DNA of 64,000 nucleotides from Candidatus Woesearchaeota archaeon (GCA_016184345.1 JACPCV010000005.1:4634-68633); one strand, 5' to 3'; positions 18,493-27,435 are shown, counted from the first letter of the stretch. Notes: a model not told the origin generated them from the sequence alone. Program-made: numbers and translations.

Positions 18493-19023
18493 ATGCACAT
18501 CTGGCTGCACAGGATAGAGGTGCTCGTTGACAAGCTGATAGCGCCAGTGCTGGCTGCCTTGCTCATCGTGATAGTGGGGGAGCTGTTCTTCTCGCACCAG
18601 TTTGAATGGTACAAGCACTACGCAGACCTGTTTGACGGCTTCGTAATCCTGGTTTTTGCGGCAGACCTGGGCTTCAAATACTCGCGAATAAGAAAACTGC
18701 CCGCATTCGTAAAGAAATACTGGCTGGAGATAATAGCGACAATACCTTTTTTCCTGATATTCAGGGTGCTTGAGTTCTTCAGGGTATCTGACGTCTTGGA
18801 AACAACACAGGCATTTGCACATGAAGGGGCTGGCGCCGGAAAACTGGAAAAGGAAGTTGAGCTGATTGCCCGGGAAACAGCGAAAGCAGGCGAAGTGAGC
18901 CGGACAGCGAAAATGCTAAACACGTTCAGGGCCATTGGCAGGTTCCCCCGCATGATAAGGGCGGCCCACTTCTTTGAGAAGCCGACAGGGCAGCACCATT
19001 GGTACGAGAGAAAGCGAAGATAA
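18493..19023 (+). CDS. Stand-alone voltage-sensor-like (Ion_trans S1-S4) membrane protein lacking a pore domain
   Basis: S2 FDGFVILVFAADLGFK, S3 KKYWLEIIATIPF, S4-like FRAIGRFPRMIR. Confidence 0.65.
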   Translation: MHIWLHRIEVLVDKLIAPVLAALLIVIVGELFFSHQFEWYKHYADLFDGFVILVFAADLGFKYSRIRKLPAFVKKYWLEIIATIPFFLIFRVLEFFRVSDVLETTQAFAHEGAGAGKLEKEVELIARETAKAGEVSRTAKMLNTFRAIGRFPRMIRAAHFFEKPTGQHHWYERKRR

Positions 19024-19113
19024 AGCAGATTCACGAATTAACGGAACTTTTTGCGTGAATCTGCTAATAGTAAATTCATTATTAAAAGTTCTATTGTTAA
19101 ATGAATTTACTAT
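19024..19113. repeat. Two tandem perfect inverted repeats between convergent genes
   Basis: AGCAGATTCACG/CGTGAATCTGCT (12 bp) and ATAGTAAATTCATT/AATGAATTTACTAT (14 bp). Confidence 0.8.
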
Positions 19114-19117
19114 AAAG

Positions 19118-19232
19118 CGGACCTGGTGGGATTCGAACCCACGACCTTCAGCTTTCCGCGTTTTCTGATTGACCTCTTTCCTAAAGAGGTCATTAGAAGG
19201 CTGTCGCTCTGTCCGGGCTGAGCTACAGGTCC
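19118..19232 (-). tRNA. tRNA-Arg(TCT) with 40-nt intron at 37/38 (19154-19193)
   Basis: GGACCTG/CAGGTCC acceptor, CT-TCT-A anticodon loop, GGTTCGAATCC T-arm; weak BHB. Confidence 0.9.
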
Positions 19233-19368
19233 ACACGCCCGGAATACCCTGCCCGCTTTTTAAAGTTGTTGCAAAATAGTAAAAGGCACAAATCTCATGA
19301 TAATTAATTGTGTCGTTTTCTAAAGTCAAGAAACCTTTATAAAAAGCCGTTTATGTCAGCACCCTTGC

Positions 19369-19441
19369 GCACAGGTAGCCAAGCGGCCAAGGCGATCGCC
19401 TGCAGAGCGATTATTCGGGGGTTCGAGTCCCCCCCTGTGCT
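19369..19441 (+). tRNA. tRNA-Cys(GCA), intron-less
   Basis: GCACAGG/CCTGTGC, U73, ATCGC-CTGCAGA-GCGAT. Confidence 0.95.
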
Positions 19442-19605
19442 CTCATCCTTTTTTTCAGCTTCGGGATTACCCAATAAGCCGTTATCGCTGCAACAACCGT
19501 CACGAGCCAGAACGCTGCAGGCTTTACTATCTTAAACAGGAGCCCTATGAAATTAAGAATAACTACTGCTGCCAAAACCAGGCTGAGAACTTTTGCAAGG
19601 CTCAT
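19411..19605 (-). CDS. Small two-helix membrane protein; 3' end overlaps tRNA-Cys antisense
   Basis: Two hydrophobic segments; ATGA coupling to upstream MazG-like gene. Confidence 0.6.
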   Translation of the reverse strand: MSLAKVLSLVLAAVVILNFIGLLFKIVKPAAFWLVTVVAAITAYWVIPKLKKRMRAQGGTRTPE

Positions 19606-19973
19606 CGCTTTATCCTCTCTTTTTCTTTTGCCTCAGCCCAGACCCTTTCCTCTTCCTCAAGCGTTACCTTTCTGCCTGTGACAAGAAAGGGCTTCCTGCG
19701 CTTCATCTTCTCAAGAACGCTGCTAATAGATTCCTCAGGCTTAAACCAGCCCTGCTTCTCGGCTATGAGCATGACCATAAGCGTATCCCAGAACAGGTCG
19801 CCAAGCTCTGCCTTCAGGCTCTCACTGTCGCCCTTGCCAACAGCTTCAAGCACTTCATCTGATTCGGAAGCAAGCTGGGCAGAATAGCTCTTTACGGTCT
19901 GCATGTTAGCCCAGGGAGACTCAGCAAGGGCCTTCCTTGCCAGCTTCACAAATTCGTCAAGTTCCTTTTCCAT
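19602..19973 (-). CDS. MazG-like nucleotide pyrophosphohydrolase
   Basis: SESDEVLEA, ELGDLFW, KMKRRKP. Confidence 0.88.
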   Translation of the reverse strand: MEKELDEFVKLARKALAESPWANMQTVKSYSAQLASESDEVLEAVGKGDSESLKAELGDLFWDTLMVMLIAEKQGWFKPEESISSVLEKMKRRKPFLVTGRKVTLEEEERVWAEAKEKERIKR

Positions 19974-19984
19974 ATTTTCTCCCG

Positions 19985-20689
19985 TTACGGCTGTAATCGC
20001 ACAATGTCCCTGAGCTTTTTCAGCTTTCCGATTACCCTCCTGGTATCTTCAAAGTAAAGCTTTGCGTACGTTTCTGCAACGTTGGTTAACCCTTCAATGT
20101 ACGGCCGCAGCCCTTTGCCCTGTTTCTGCAGCTTCGAAGTGTCACGGACTCCTTCAAGGTCTACCTTGACGGTCCTTACGCCATTCCTCCTGCAATAAAA
20201 GTTTAGTACGGCCTCAAGCCCATACTTGGCCGAGCGCGGATCAGCGCAAACAGCCCTGAGGTGCCTTGTGGGCAGTGCGCGCTCGCCGCTAAGCAACAGA
20301 ATCATCAGCTTTTTCTTTAGCACCTTGCTCCCGAAATGCCAGTCCTTGTCCCTGAGCCCTATTGTCATTATGTTGGGGTTTTTCTTCAGGGGGTCCAGCA
20401 GGGCAGCAACGCTGTCGTGGCGCAGCCCATTAAGGTCGGCATCGCACATGAGTACAAACTTTGTGGTAACATGCGCCAAGGCCATCCTCACTGATTCGCC
20501 CTTGCCGGCGTTCTTCCTGTTAGAGATGAGCTGCACGTTAAACTGTTTTATGATTGCCTCGCTCCCGTCTGTTGAGCCGTCATTCACAACTATGACCTTG
20601 CGTATTTCTGGCGAAGTCGTGAGAACTTTAAGCACGTTGCCGACTGTCCTCTCCTCGTTATAGCATGGCACAATTGCAGTGGCGTTCAT
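19985..20689 (-). CDS. Glycosyltransferase family 2
   Basis: IVPCYNEE, VNDGSTDG, NAGKGES, CDADL. Confidence 0.92.
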   Translation of the reverse strand: MNATAIVPCYNEERTVGNVLKVLTTSPEIRKVIVVNDGSTDGSEAIIKQFNVQLISNRKNAGKGESVRMALAHVTTKFVLMCDADLNGLRHDSVAALLDPLKKNPNIMTIGLRDKDWHFGSKVLKKKLMILLLSGERALPTRHLRAVCADPRSAKYGLEAVLNFYCRRNGVRTVKVDLEGVRDTSKLQKQGKGLRPYIEGLTNVAETYAKLYFEDTRRVIGKLKKLRDIVRLQP

Positions 20690-20718
20690 TTTTGGATTAG
20701 CCTGCTCTTAAAATGAAA

Positions 20719-20937
20719 TGGACTCGCCGGGACTCTCTCACTGGCGTTCGGGGCGCAAATCGCTGATGCGATTGTGCCCAGTCGGTTTTTCACCGACTTG
20801 GGTATTGTCCCTCCCGGGCGCCAATATTTGAACCCGGAGCCTCCACCTTTTAAGGACTTTTTGGTCGAGCTTTTTGGTGAGCTTGCGAACCAAAAAGGTC
20901 GTGCGAAGGTGGCGTCATGCGGTTAGACCACGAGCCC
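20719..20937 (-). tRNA. tRNA-Ala(CGC) with two introns: 53 nt at 37/38 (20849-20901) and 94 nt at 59/60 (20733-20826)
   Basis: GGGCTCG/CGAGTCC with G3:U70, TT-CGC-A, CCGGG-TTCAAA..T-CCCGG; mature length 72. Confidence 0.9.
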
Positions 20938-20980
20938 TTATGAAGAAAGCGACTTTGGAGACTTTAAAATACTTTTGACA

Positions 20981-21511
20981 TCAGCTCTTGCGAGTGAGTG
21001 GCACTTCGCACCAGAAAGCAGCTCCAACGCCTTGGCCTTTGTTCACATACCCTACTCTTCCACCAATTTTTTCGAGCTTATTACTTAACCAGTAGAGAGA
21101 GACTCCTAAGCCGCCATGCATGTTAAGCTTGCCAAATTTTGCTGACTCTATTCGGCTAATAAAAAGCAGAGGTTCGACTTCAGGATCGATCCCGGTTCCA
21201 TTATCTTCAACTTCAAGCCTTACACTATCAGCATGCAATTGAGCTAACAACTTCAATTTCCCCACAAAATTTGCATCCTCTTCTATCCTCGTTTTTATGC
21301 TATCGGCAGCATTTTCAACGTACCAATACCCTGCATCTAACAGAATTTTAGTATTTTCAATAGAATATCCTGTTGCCAATTTGTATTTCAAATCCAGCTT
21401 CTTTACAACCCATTCCTTAGCTTCGCAAGCGTCGACATAGAGTTTCTGTCTATAACGGGGAATCCCGCCGTTTGTTGTAATTTCCTTAGATACTATGATT
21501 TCGAGGCTCAT
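20981..21511 (-). CDS. Stand-alone GHKL/HATPase_c domain protein
   Basis: N box VENAADSI, G1 EDNGTGI, G2 GGLGVSL, G3 GAAFWCEVP; no HisKA domain evident. Confidence 0.8.
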   Translation of the reverse strand: MSLEIIVSKEITTNGGIPRYRQKLYVDACEAKEWVVKKLDLKYKLATGYSIENTKILLDAGYWYVENAADSIKTRIEEDANFVGKLKLLAQLHADSVRLEVEDNGTGIDPEVEPLLFISRIESAKFGKLNMHGGLGVSLYWLSNKLEKIGGRVGYVNKGQGVGAAFWCEVPLTRKS

Positions 21512-21583
21512 AAAAATTCGCCAAGCTATAGTAAAATTTGTAGTTATATAATTTTTTCGGTCTCTGAAACAGGCCAACAGAAT

Positions 21584-21760
21584 TCAGCTTGCAATGTAAA
21601 GCGTGTTGTGGCCCTTCCTGCCGCTTGAGTGCTCAAGCTTTTTAGCATCAGCTTCGCCATCAATAAACAACTCATCGGTATCAGAACTCTCCTCAGCATA
21701 ATCCTCGTAATCATCGGCGGGTTGGCGCTTTTCAACTGGTAAGAACCTGTGGTCTTTCAT
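21584..21760 (-). CDS. 58-aa acidic hypothetical protein (not in ORF track)
   Basis: MKDHRFLPVEKRQPADDYEDYAEESSDTDELFIDGEAD...; TATA-like TTTATAT upstream. Confidence 0.45.
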   Translation of the reverse strand: MKDHRFLPVEKRQPADDYEDYAEESSDTDELFIDGEADAKKLEHSSGRKGHNTLYIAS

Positions 21761-22001
21761 AAACTCATGACACCTTTTGTTTTGTTTTCAATGTCGAAAA
21801 GGTCATTTATATGCTTTTGGATAATACTTTTTTAATTATTTTTAGATGTGCGATATTGCAATGTGCTTTTGATACTTGCGATTATAAAATTTATAAAATA
21901 TATAATGTTGGAAACTGAAATTTCATAAGCTCGCCGCTACTGAAAAAGAATTCACAGCCATAGCTGCCGAAAAATCAAAAACAGCCAAATCAATCCAGAA
22001 A

Positions 22002-22202
22002 TCAAACGCCCTTTGCCTTCCTTACCCTGATGAGCCTAGTAAGGTAGCCTGCTACCATGTTCCTCAGCTTTGAAGAGTGAACAGTGACAAACTTGTTCAC
22101 CAGCTCTTTGTTTGCATTGAAATCCTCGCTGAACTGGCCAGTATACCTGCCAAGCAGATGCTCGGTTGTCCTTTTAATCAGTTGAGTTTTTATCCTGCCC
22201 AA
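22002..22202 (-). CDS. rps17e: 30S ribosomal protein S17e (TTG start)
   Basis: GRIKTQLIKR, FNANK, SKLRNMVAGYLT. Confidence 0.95.
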   Translation of the reverse strand: MGRIKTQLIKRTTEHLLGRYTGQFSEDFNANKELVNKFVTVHSSKLRNMVAGYLTRLIRVRKAKGV

Positions 22203-22207
22203 GTTGC

Positions 22208-23002
22208 TCACTTCTTCTCCTTTTCTTCCTTCTTTGCAGCCGCGGGCTGGGCGCCGCCTGGAGCTGCTGCTGCAGCCTTGCCTGCTTCTGCTCCCGGTGC
22301 TGTAGCTGTCGCAGCAGGCAGCAGTTCGTCAATGATCTTAGTTGGAATGGCTGCCTCTACCAGCTTTGCCTTTATCTCGCCACGGGCCTTTCCTGCCATG
22401 GAGTCAATAATGAACTTGGCTTTCGCGAGGAACTCTTCCTTCCTTCTCTCGATTTCCTCGGCAAGCTTCTTCCTTTCCACTTCCAATTCCTTGAGTTCCT
22501 GCGCAGTGAGCTCGGTCTTCTCCTGCCTTATCTCCTCATCGAAAGCCCCCTCGTTGACCATCTTGATTGCGTCAACAGCCGGCTTGCCTTCAACAAGGAT
22601 TCCCATGGAGTTGCATGTGCCAATGATTTCCTTGACTTTTGACTTCAGGCCATTACCAAGAAGCTGGGTGTCCTTCATCTTTGCAACCTTGATTATCTGC
22701 TCAATCCTCAAATCAGCAACCTTATCCAGCAGAGGGTTGCCGGAGCCCTTTTCTATGCCTGCTTCCTTCTTCGCGAGCGCGCTTGCAGGGGGAGTGCCTA
22801 TGCTTACAGTAAATGCCCTGCTTGAAGTGTCAACAGAAACCTTGACAGGAACCTGCATTCCCTGGAACAAGGCAGTTTTCTTGTTTATCTCAGAAATGAC
22901 CTGGCCAACATTAATTCCTAACGGCCCCAAGGCAGGCCCCAATGGAGGTGCCGCGCTGGCTTTTCCCCCTTCAACGAGTGCTTCTACGGTCTGGGTTGGC
23001 AT
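22208..23002 (-). CDS. rpl11: 50S ribosomal protein uL11 with ~100-aa C-terminal extension
   Basis: GGKASAAPPLGPALG, GMQVPVKV, KEIIGTCNSMG; charged helix + Ala/Pro linker + KKEEKEKK tail. Confidence 0.95.
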   Translation of the reverse strand: MPTQTVEALVEGGKASAAPPLGPALGPLGINVGQVISEINKKTALFQGMQVPVKVSVDTSSRAFTVSIGTPPASALAKKEAGIEKGSGNPLLDKVADLRIEQIIKVAKMKDTQLLGNGLKSKVKEIIGTCNSMGILVEGKPAVDAIKMVNEGAFDEEIRQEKTELTAQELKELEVERKKLAEEIERRKEEFLAKAKFIIDSMAGKARGEIKAKLVEAAIPTKIIDELLPAATATAPGAEAGKAAAAAPGGAQPAAAKKEEKEKK

Positions 23003-23038
23003 GAGAATGTGGTCTTAACGGGCTATTTATATAGGTTT

Positions 23039-23716
23039 CTAATCTTCCTGGTGGCTTGCCTCGCCTTCTTCTGATTCCCTTCTTATTACCTTCACGGCAT
23101 CCAGCTTAAGAGTAATGGGGATTGGGACAGCTGACTCAAGCAGCTCAACAACAACCTCTTCCTTGGTCTTGTCAATCCTCGTGACCTTGGCCTGCGAGTG
23201 CTTGAACGCAGCCCCGCTTATGATTTCAACGATGTCGCCCTTCTGAATGTTCACTTCAACCTTCTTTGCGGGCTCAAGCATGTGCTCAATCTCCTCATAC
23301 GAGACCTCCTTTGGCAGAAGGCCGCGGGCATAAGGCACCCTGAAAGCTGCCTGCTCGGCATCCTGCCTGTCTTTTGCCTCAATAAACAGGTAGCCGCGCA
23401 TGCCATGGGGATGCACAAGGGAGTAAACCTCCAGCTTCTTCTTCTTTGCATTGGAAGTGATGAAATCCATTACCTGCTCTTCCCTGTTTGCAGTGGTGCG
23501 CAGCGCAAAGATTGGGAAGCGGTGCTCAGCAGCAGCCTCTGCCGAGGCTTTTTCCGCTGATTTTGCGGCAGCAGCCTTTGACTCCTCTTCCATCTCTTTC
23601 TTAGTCGGAGCTACAAGAAGGTCCTCAGTGTCAATCTCAGTATCAATCTTCAGATTAAGCTCTTCAGCCGGATCCCCTGTTTCTGCCTGCTTATTCTCCT
23701 TTTCGTCATCAGCCAT
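23039..23716 (-). CDS. spt5: Transcription elongation factor Spt5/NusG with acidic N-terminal extension
   Basis: RTTANREEQV, MRGYLFIEA, KOW GDIVEIISG, VELLESAVPIP. Confidence 0.95.
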   Translation of the reverse strand: MADDEKENKQAETGDPAEELNLKIDTEIDTEDLLVAPTKKEMEEESKAAAAKSAEKASAEAAAEHRFPIFALRTTANREEQVMDFITSNAKKKKLEVYSLVHPHGMRGYLFIEAKDRQDAEQAAFRVPYARGLLPKEVSYEEIEHMLEPAKKVEVNIQKGDIVEIISGAAFKHSQAKVTRIDKTKEEVVVELLESAVPIPITLKLDAVKVIRRESEEGEASHQED

Positions 23717-23733
23717 TTTTCAGCTTCCTGCTT

Positions 23734-23919
23734 TCATGGAAAAACTATCCTGTTAATCATGTTAAGGACAAACCCGATCAGCCCGATAAGGCCGATGCCA
23801 ATGCCGGCAACCTTGACTATGTTCATCAGCTCGTCCTTCGTCGGCTTCTTCGTAACAGTCAAAACCCTCCTGCACTCCAGCGCAAAGCTCCTGAGCTTCG
23901 TGAAAACTGCGGTAACCAT
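23734..23919 (-). CDS. secE: Protein translocase SecE/Sec61-gamma
   Basis: RVLTVTKKPTKDE, GLIGLIGF; conserved position before spt5. Confidence 0.93.
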   Translation of the reverse strand: MVTAVFTKLRSFALECRRVLTVTKKPTKDELMNIVKVAGIGIGLIGLIGFVLNMINRIVFP

Positions 23920-24104
23920 ATTCTTTGCCCCTTTAACCCTCTAACTAACGCCGTTTTTAACACTCACCTTAAAAAACATTCCTAAAAATCGCTATGACAG
24001 CCCAGAGTAACCGCTCTTTTTTAAAGGTTACGGTTTTGGATTTTTAATCGGTAACAAGATTTAAATACCTATTCTACCTAAAGTAGTAAAAAATACTACC
24101 AAAG

Positions 24105-24389
24105 GTGGTAAAAATGCTGAAAGCGATTAAGATTCCGGAACAGGCGTACAGGGAAGCAAAGAAACTCGGTCAGGAGCTTGAAGCAGAGAAAGCTATAGAA
24201 GGAGTCTACAAGGTTTCTTTATCTACAGCAGTCAGCTTCGCCATAAAAAGGGCACTGACGGACTTGGAAAGGAAAAAAAGCCTGCGCATGGCTGCCGGCG
24301 GCTGGAAAGACCTTGATACAGACAAGATGATAAAAGAAATCTACGAAGGCAGGCTGACAGGGACAAAACGCGGTACGTCATTTGACTAA
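24105..24389 (+). CDS. Putative antitoxin (VapB-like)
   Basis: Small basic gene upstream of a PIN gene, AAGGWKD tail; AGTAGTA/TACTACC near-inverted repeat upstream. Confidence 0.7.
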   Translation: MVKMLKAIKIPEQAYREAKKLGQELEAEKAIEGVYKVSLSTAVSFAIKRALTDLERKKSLRMAAGGWKDLDTDKMIKEIYEGRLTGTKRGTSFD

Positions 24390-24403
24390 ACCAGGGTATC
24401 ATC

Positions 24404-24790
24404 ATGTACATTGTTGACACTGATGTATCTATAGATTACATGAAAGGCATTGCGCCTGCAGTCAATCTAATAAATTCCCTGGAGAACGTGCACCTTACAA
24501 CAATAACAATCGCTGAGCTGTTTTTCGGCGCTTACAATTCCCCAAAAGCCGCCAAGCACCTGCCTGTGCTTTTTAATTACGTCAAAAGCTTTGACAGGCT
24601 GACGCCACAGTTGTGGGATGCGATCAGGTTCGGCAAAATCAAGGCAGAATTGACCAAGAAAGGGATTGTAATCGGAGATGAGGATATCTTCAACGCATCA
24701 ATAGCATTATCTTACGGTTTTACATTTATAACCAGAAATGTCAAACATTACAGCAGAATAAAAGGACTAAGAGTGATAAGTCCAGCTTAA
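24404..24790 (+). CDS. vapC: PIN-domain toxin VapC
   Basis: [36 protein letters not shown]. Confidence 0.92.
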   Translation: MYIVDTDVSIDYMKGIAPAVNLINSLENVHLTTITIAELFFGAYNSPKAAKHLPVLFNYVKSFDRLTPQLWDAIRFGKIKAELTKKGIVIGDEDIFNASIALSYGFTFITRNVKHYSRIKGLRVISPA

Positions 24791-25881
24791 TCCACAAACT
24801 CTATCCCTAATTCGTGCTCCATTTCCTTCTTGGCTTCAACTATCCGCTTTGCGCCGGTAATCTGGGTTGACTTGACGCCTGTGACTATGAGCATTGCCCT
24901 CACTGTCCTTGCGAGGTCCTCGTAAATCTGGGCTCCCCAGATTACCCTGGCATCCTGGTCAAGCTTCTGGCTGACTGTTTCAACAACCTTCCTAGCTTCC
25001 TCAAGAGTCATATCAGGGCCGCCTGAAATGTTAATCAGCGCGCCTGTTGCTCCTGAAGTGTCAACGTCAAGCAGGGGATTGTTGATTGCCTTCTCAACAG
25101 CCTCAACTGCGCGGTTTTCAGAATCGCTTTCCCCAACGCCAATCAGCGCAACGCCACCACCGCCCATAACAGCGCGAATGTCGGCAAAGTCAAGGTTTAT
25201 GAGGCCTGGTTTTGTGACAAGCTCAGCAATTCCCTTAACGGCATTGGTTAGGATTTCATCAGCAACCTTGAAGGCAGTAAGCAGCGGAAGGTCCGGGGCA
25301 AGCTCAAGCAGCTTGTCGTTCGGGATTACAATCAGCGTGTCAGTGACAGCTTCCATCCTCTCCAGGCCGCCAACAGCATTGTCATACCTCCTGTTGCCTT
25401 CCATTGAGAAAGGTAGGGTAACCACCCCAACAACCAACGCTCCAAGCTTCTTGGCAATATCAGCAACGACAGGTGCAGAGCCTGTTCCTGTTCCCCCTCC
25501 AAGGCCGCATGTGACAAAAACCATGTCTGCTGCGGTAAGGGCTTCCTTGATATCGTGTTCTGTCTCGCGAGCGGCTTCTTCGCCAATCTTAGGGTCAGAG
25601 CCAGCTCCAAGGCCATGCGTGAGCTCCTTGCCAATCAGGATTTTCCGGTCAGATGTGGTATAAAGCAAGTCCTGCGCATCGGTATTGATTGCGATTGTCT
25701 CAGCGCCAACCACGCCAACCTCAGAAATCCTGGTTACAGTGTTGTTGCCTGCTCCCCCGCAACCAATAACCTTAATTGTTGCGCGATGCTTTGAAAGAAG
25801 CTGCTCAAGCTCGGCATCTGCAGCGTTCGTCTTGCTCAGCGAGCGCACAGTATCCTTTGTTGAAAGCACAACACTGCCCAT
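24787..25881 (-). CDS. ftsZ: Cell division protein FtsZ
   Basis: [23 protein letters not shown]. Confidence 0.98.
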   Translation of the reverse strand: MGSVVLSTKDTVRSLSKTNAADAELEQLLSKHRATIKVIGCGGAGNNTVTRISEVGVVGAETIAINTDAQDLLYTTSDRKILIGKELTHGLGAGSDPKIGEEAARETEHDIKEALTAADMVFVTCGLGGGTGTGSAPVVADIAKKLGALVVGVVTLPFSMEGNRRYDNAVGGLERMEAVTDTLIVIPNDKLLELAPDLPLLTAFKVADEILTNAVKGIAELVTKPGLINLDFADIRAVMGGGGVALIGVGESDSENRAVEAVEKAINNPLLDVDTSGATGALINISGGPDMTLEEARKVVETVSQKLDQDARVIWGAQIYEDLARTVRAMLIVTGVKSTQITGAKRIVEAKKEMEHELGIEFVD

Positions 25882-26042
25882 AACAAGCTCCTCTTACAAA
25901 CTCACAACTAACTGAAGCTATTTTCTCCCGAAAAATACTTCTTTCACGCCCCTTACTACTATTTATATTTTGTCGTTTCAAAAAAAACAATGCAAAACTG
26001 CTTTTGTTTTCTGCAGTGACGAAATTTAAAGAGAAAATCCTG

Positions 26043-26789
26043 TCACGGCACTCGCTGCTGCTGCGTTTCAACTCCATTCGCTGCCGCTGCCGCCACATCT
26101 GCCTTTTGCTCCTTGCTTTCATCCTTCGCTGCTGCCTTCACGGTGAAAGAAACAGACTTAAGCTCAGTAATGGTTGACTTCAGCTTTTCCCCCAGGTCCT
26201 TCTTCAGCTCCTCAGGGGCTTCCTGGGGGAATTCAATCGAAACATTGCCTTCTGAGACAGAAATGCCAACAGAATTCGGGCTTATGCCTACAAGCCTCAA
26301 AACAGCTTTGACCTTCTCAGAAAGGTCAGCCACAATCCGTTTTACAAAAACAGAATACTCAAGGTCCCTGCCTGAAAGCGGGTGGTTGAAGTCAACTATC
26401 GTCCTGCCTCCTGTAACTGTCTTGACTGTCCCGACAATGCCGTCAATGTTGACCTGCATGCCTGGAAAAGGAGTCATGTTCTGCTGCCTGAACTTCGCAG
26501 TTGAAACCAGCTGGATGAGCTTGCCATTCTTCCTGCCAAAGCCCTCATCAGCAGTAACCTTGAAAGTGTAATCTTTCCCTGTCTCCTTTCCAACCAGCTG
26601 CCTGTCCAAGCCAGCAAGGAGGTGCTTCTTCCCGATGCAGACAATTGCTGCCTCGTAAGCCATGCGCTCATCAAAAATGCCAGCCTGCCTCGCAATCTCG
26701 GCAGAGGTAGTGTCAAAAACCTCGCCGTTATCAGCGGCCCTGCCAGTGTAATCCAGCTCAACAAAATCGTTTTCCTTTATTATCTCCAT
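26043..26789 (-). CDS. slyD: FKBP-type peptidyl-prolyl isomerase (long archaeal SlyD type)
   Basis: FVELDYTG, VFDTT, GFGRKN, VDFNHPLSG. Confidence 0.92.
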   Translation of the reverse strand: MEIIKENDFVELDYTGRAADNGEVFDTTSAEIARQAGIFDERMAYEAAIVCIGKKHLLAGLDRQLVGKETGKDYTFKVTADEGFGRKNGKLIQLVSTAKFRQQNMTPFPGMQVNIDGIVGTVKTVTGGRTIVDFNHPLSGRDLEYSVFVKRIVADLSEKVKAVLRLVGISPNSVGISVSEGNVSIEFPQEAPEELKKDLGEKLKSTITELKSVSFTVKAAAKDESKEQKADVAAAAANGVETQQQRVP

Positions 26790-26838
26790 AAATAAACTGA
26801 GAAAAAAGGGGATTTAAAAAAGTTCTTGTTTTTCCTTT

Positions 26839-27378
26839 CTAGCCTCTGCCCATGTAACTTTCTAAAGAGGGCAGGATAATCGGAGTTTCTTTAGGCCGAG
26901 GAAGCCTAAGATGTGTGGCTGTGAAGCCAAGCCCATCCATTACAGGCAATGTGTTACGAGAAAGAAAAACAAAAAATCCGTGCTCATCCCTGTTGCCACG
27001 CAGTAAAACGGCAACGTCTCCATAAGCTTTCTTTGCGTCAGCAGCCTCCTCCCGCCTGTACACGCCTCCAAAGAACAGCCCGCCATGGAAAAGCGCCAGA
27101 TCAGCTGTTTGGATATTTCCCAAAACAGCATCAAAGTAGTAGTCCCCAGCGAGAGCTGCAAACTTTGCCCTTTCTCTTTGGTACCTGCCGTACATTGCTC
27201 CCCTATGAGTGAATGCTGCCAGCAAAATAACAACATATCCCTTTAGGCCTTGAATTAGTGACTCGCTTCCTGTGCTTGTTAACTTCCCAACCAGGCCGCT
27301 TTCAGAGAATCCGGCAGCAACAGCGTCCTCAATTTCAGAATTAAGATGGCCCTGCATAATATAAGGCTCAGCAACCAT
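26839..27378 (-). CDS. Hypothetical protein
   Basis: 179-aa ORF. Confidence 0.55.
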   Translation of the reverse strand: MVAEPYIMQGHLNSEIEDAVAAGFSESGLVGKLTSTGSESLIQGLKGYVVILLAAFTHRGAMYGRYQRERAKFAALAGDYYFDAVLGNIQTADLALFHGGLFFGGVYRREEAADAKKAYGDVAVLLRGNRDEHGFFVFLSRNTLPVMDGLGFTATHLRLPRPKETPIILPSLESYMGRG

Positions 27379-27435
27379 GGCTTAATTTTTGTAACTTAAC
27401 TTTAAATAGTTTACACATATACTGAATCTACAAAA

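Noticed and set aside
21768-21804. Further copy of the hairpin+tail element (TGACACCTTTT..AAAAGGTCA)
   Set aside because: The stem needs a 2-nt bulge and the RAYCRRAAA tail is missing.
22077-23018. Long antisense ORFs (e.g. 22077..23018, 25028..25663, 39512..40273, 43892..44500, 55666..56325)
   Set aside because: Shadows of well-supported genes on the opposite strand, with no motifs or start signals.
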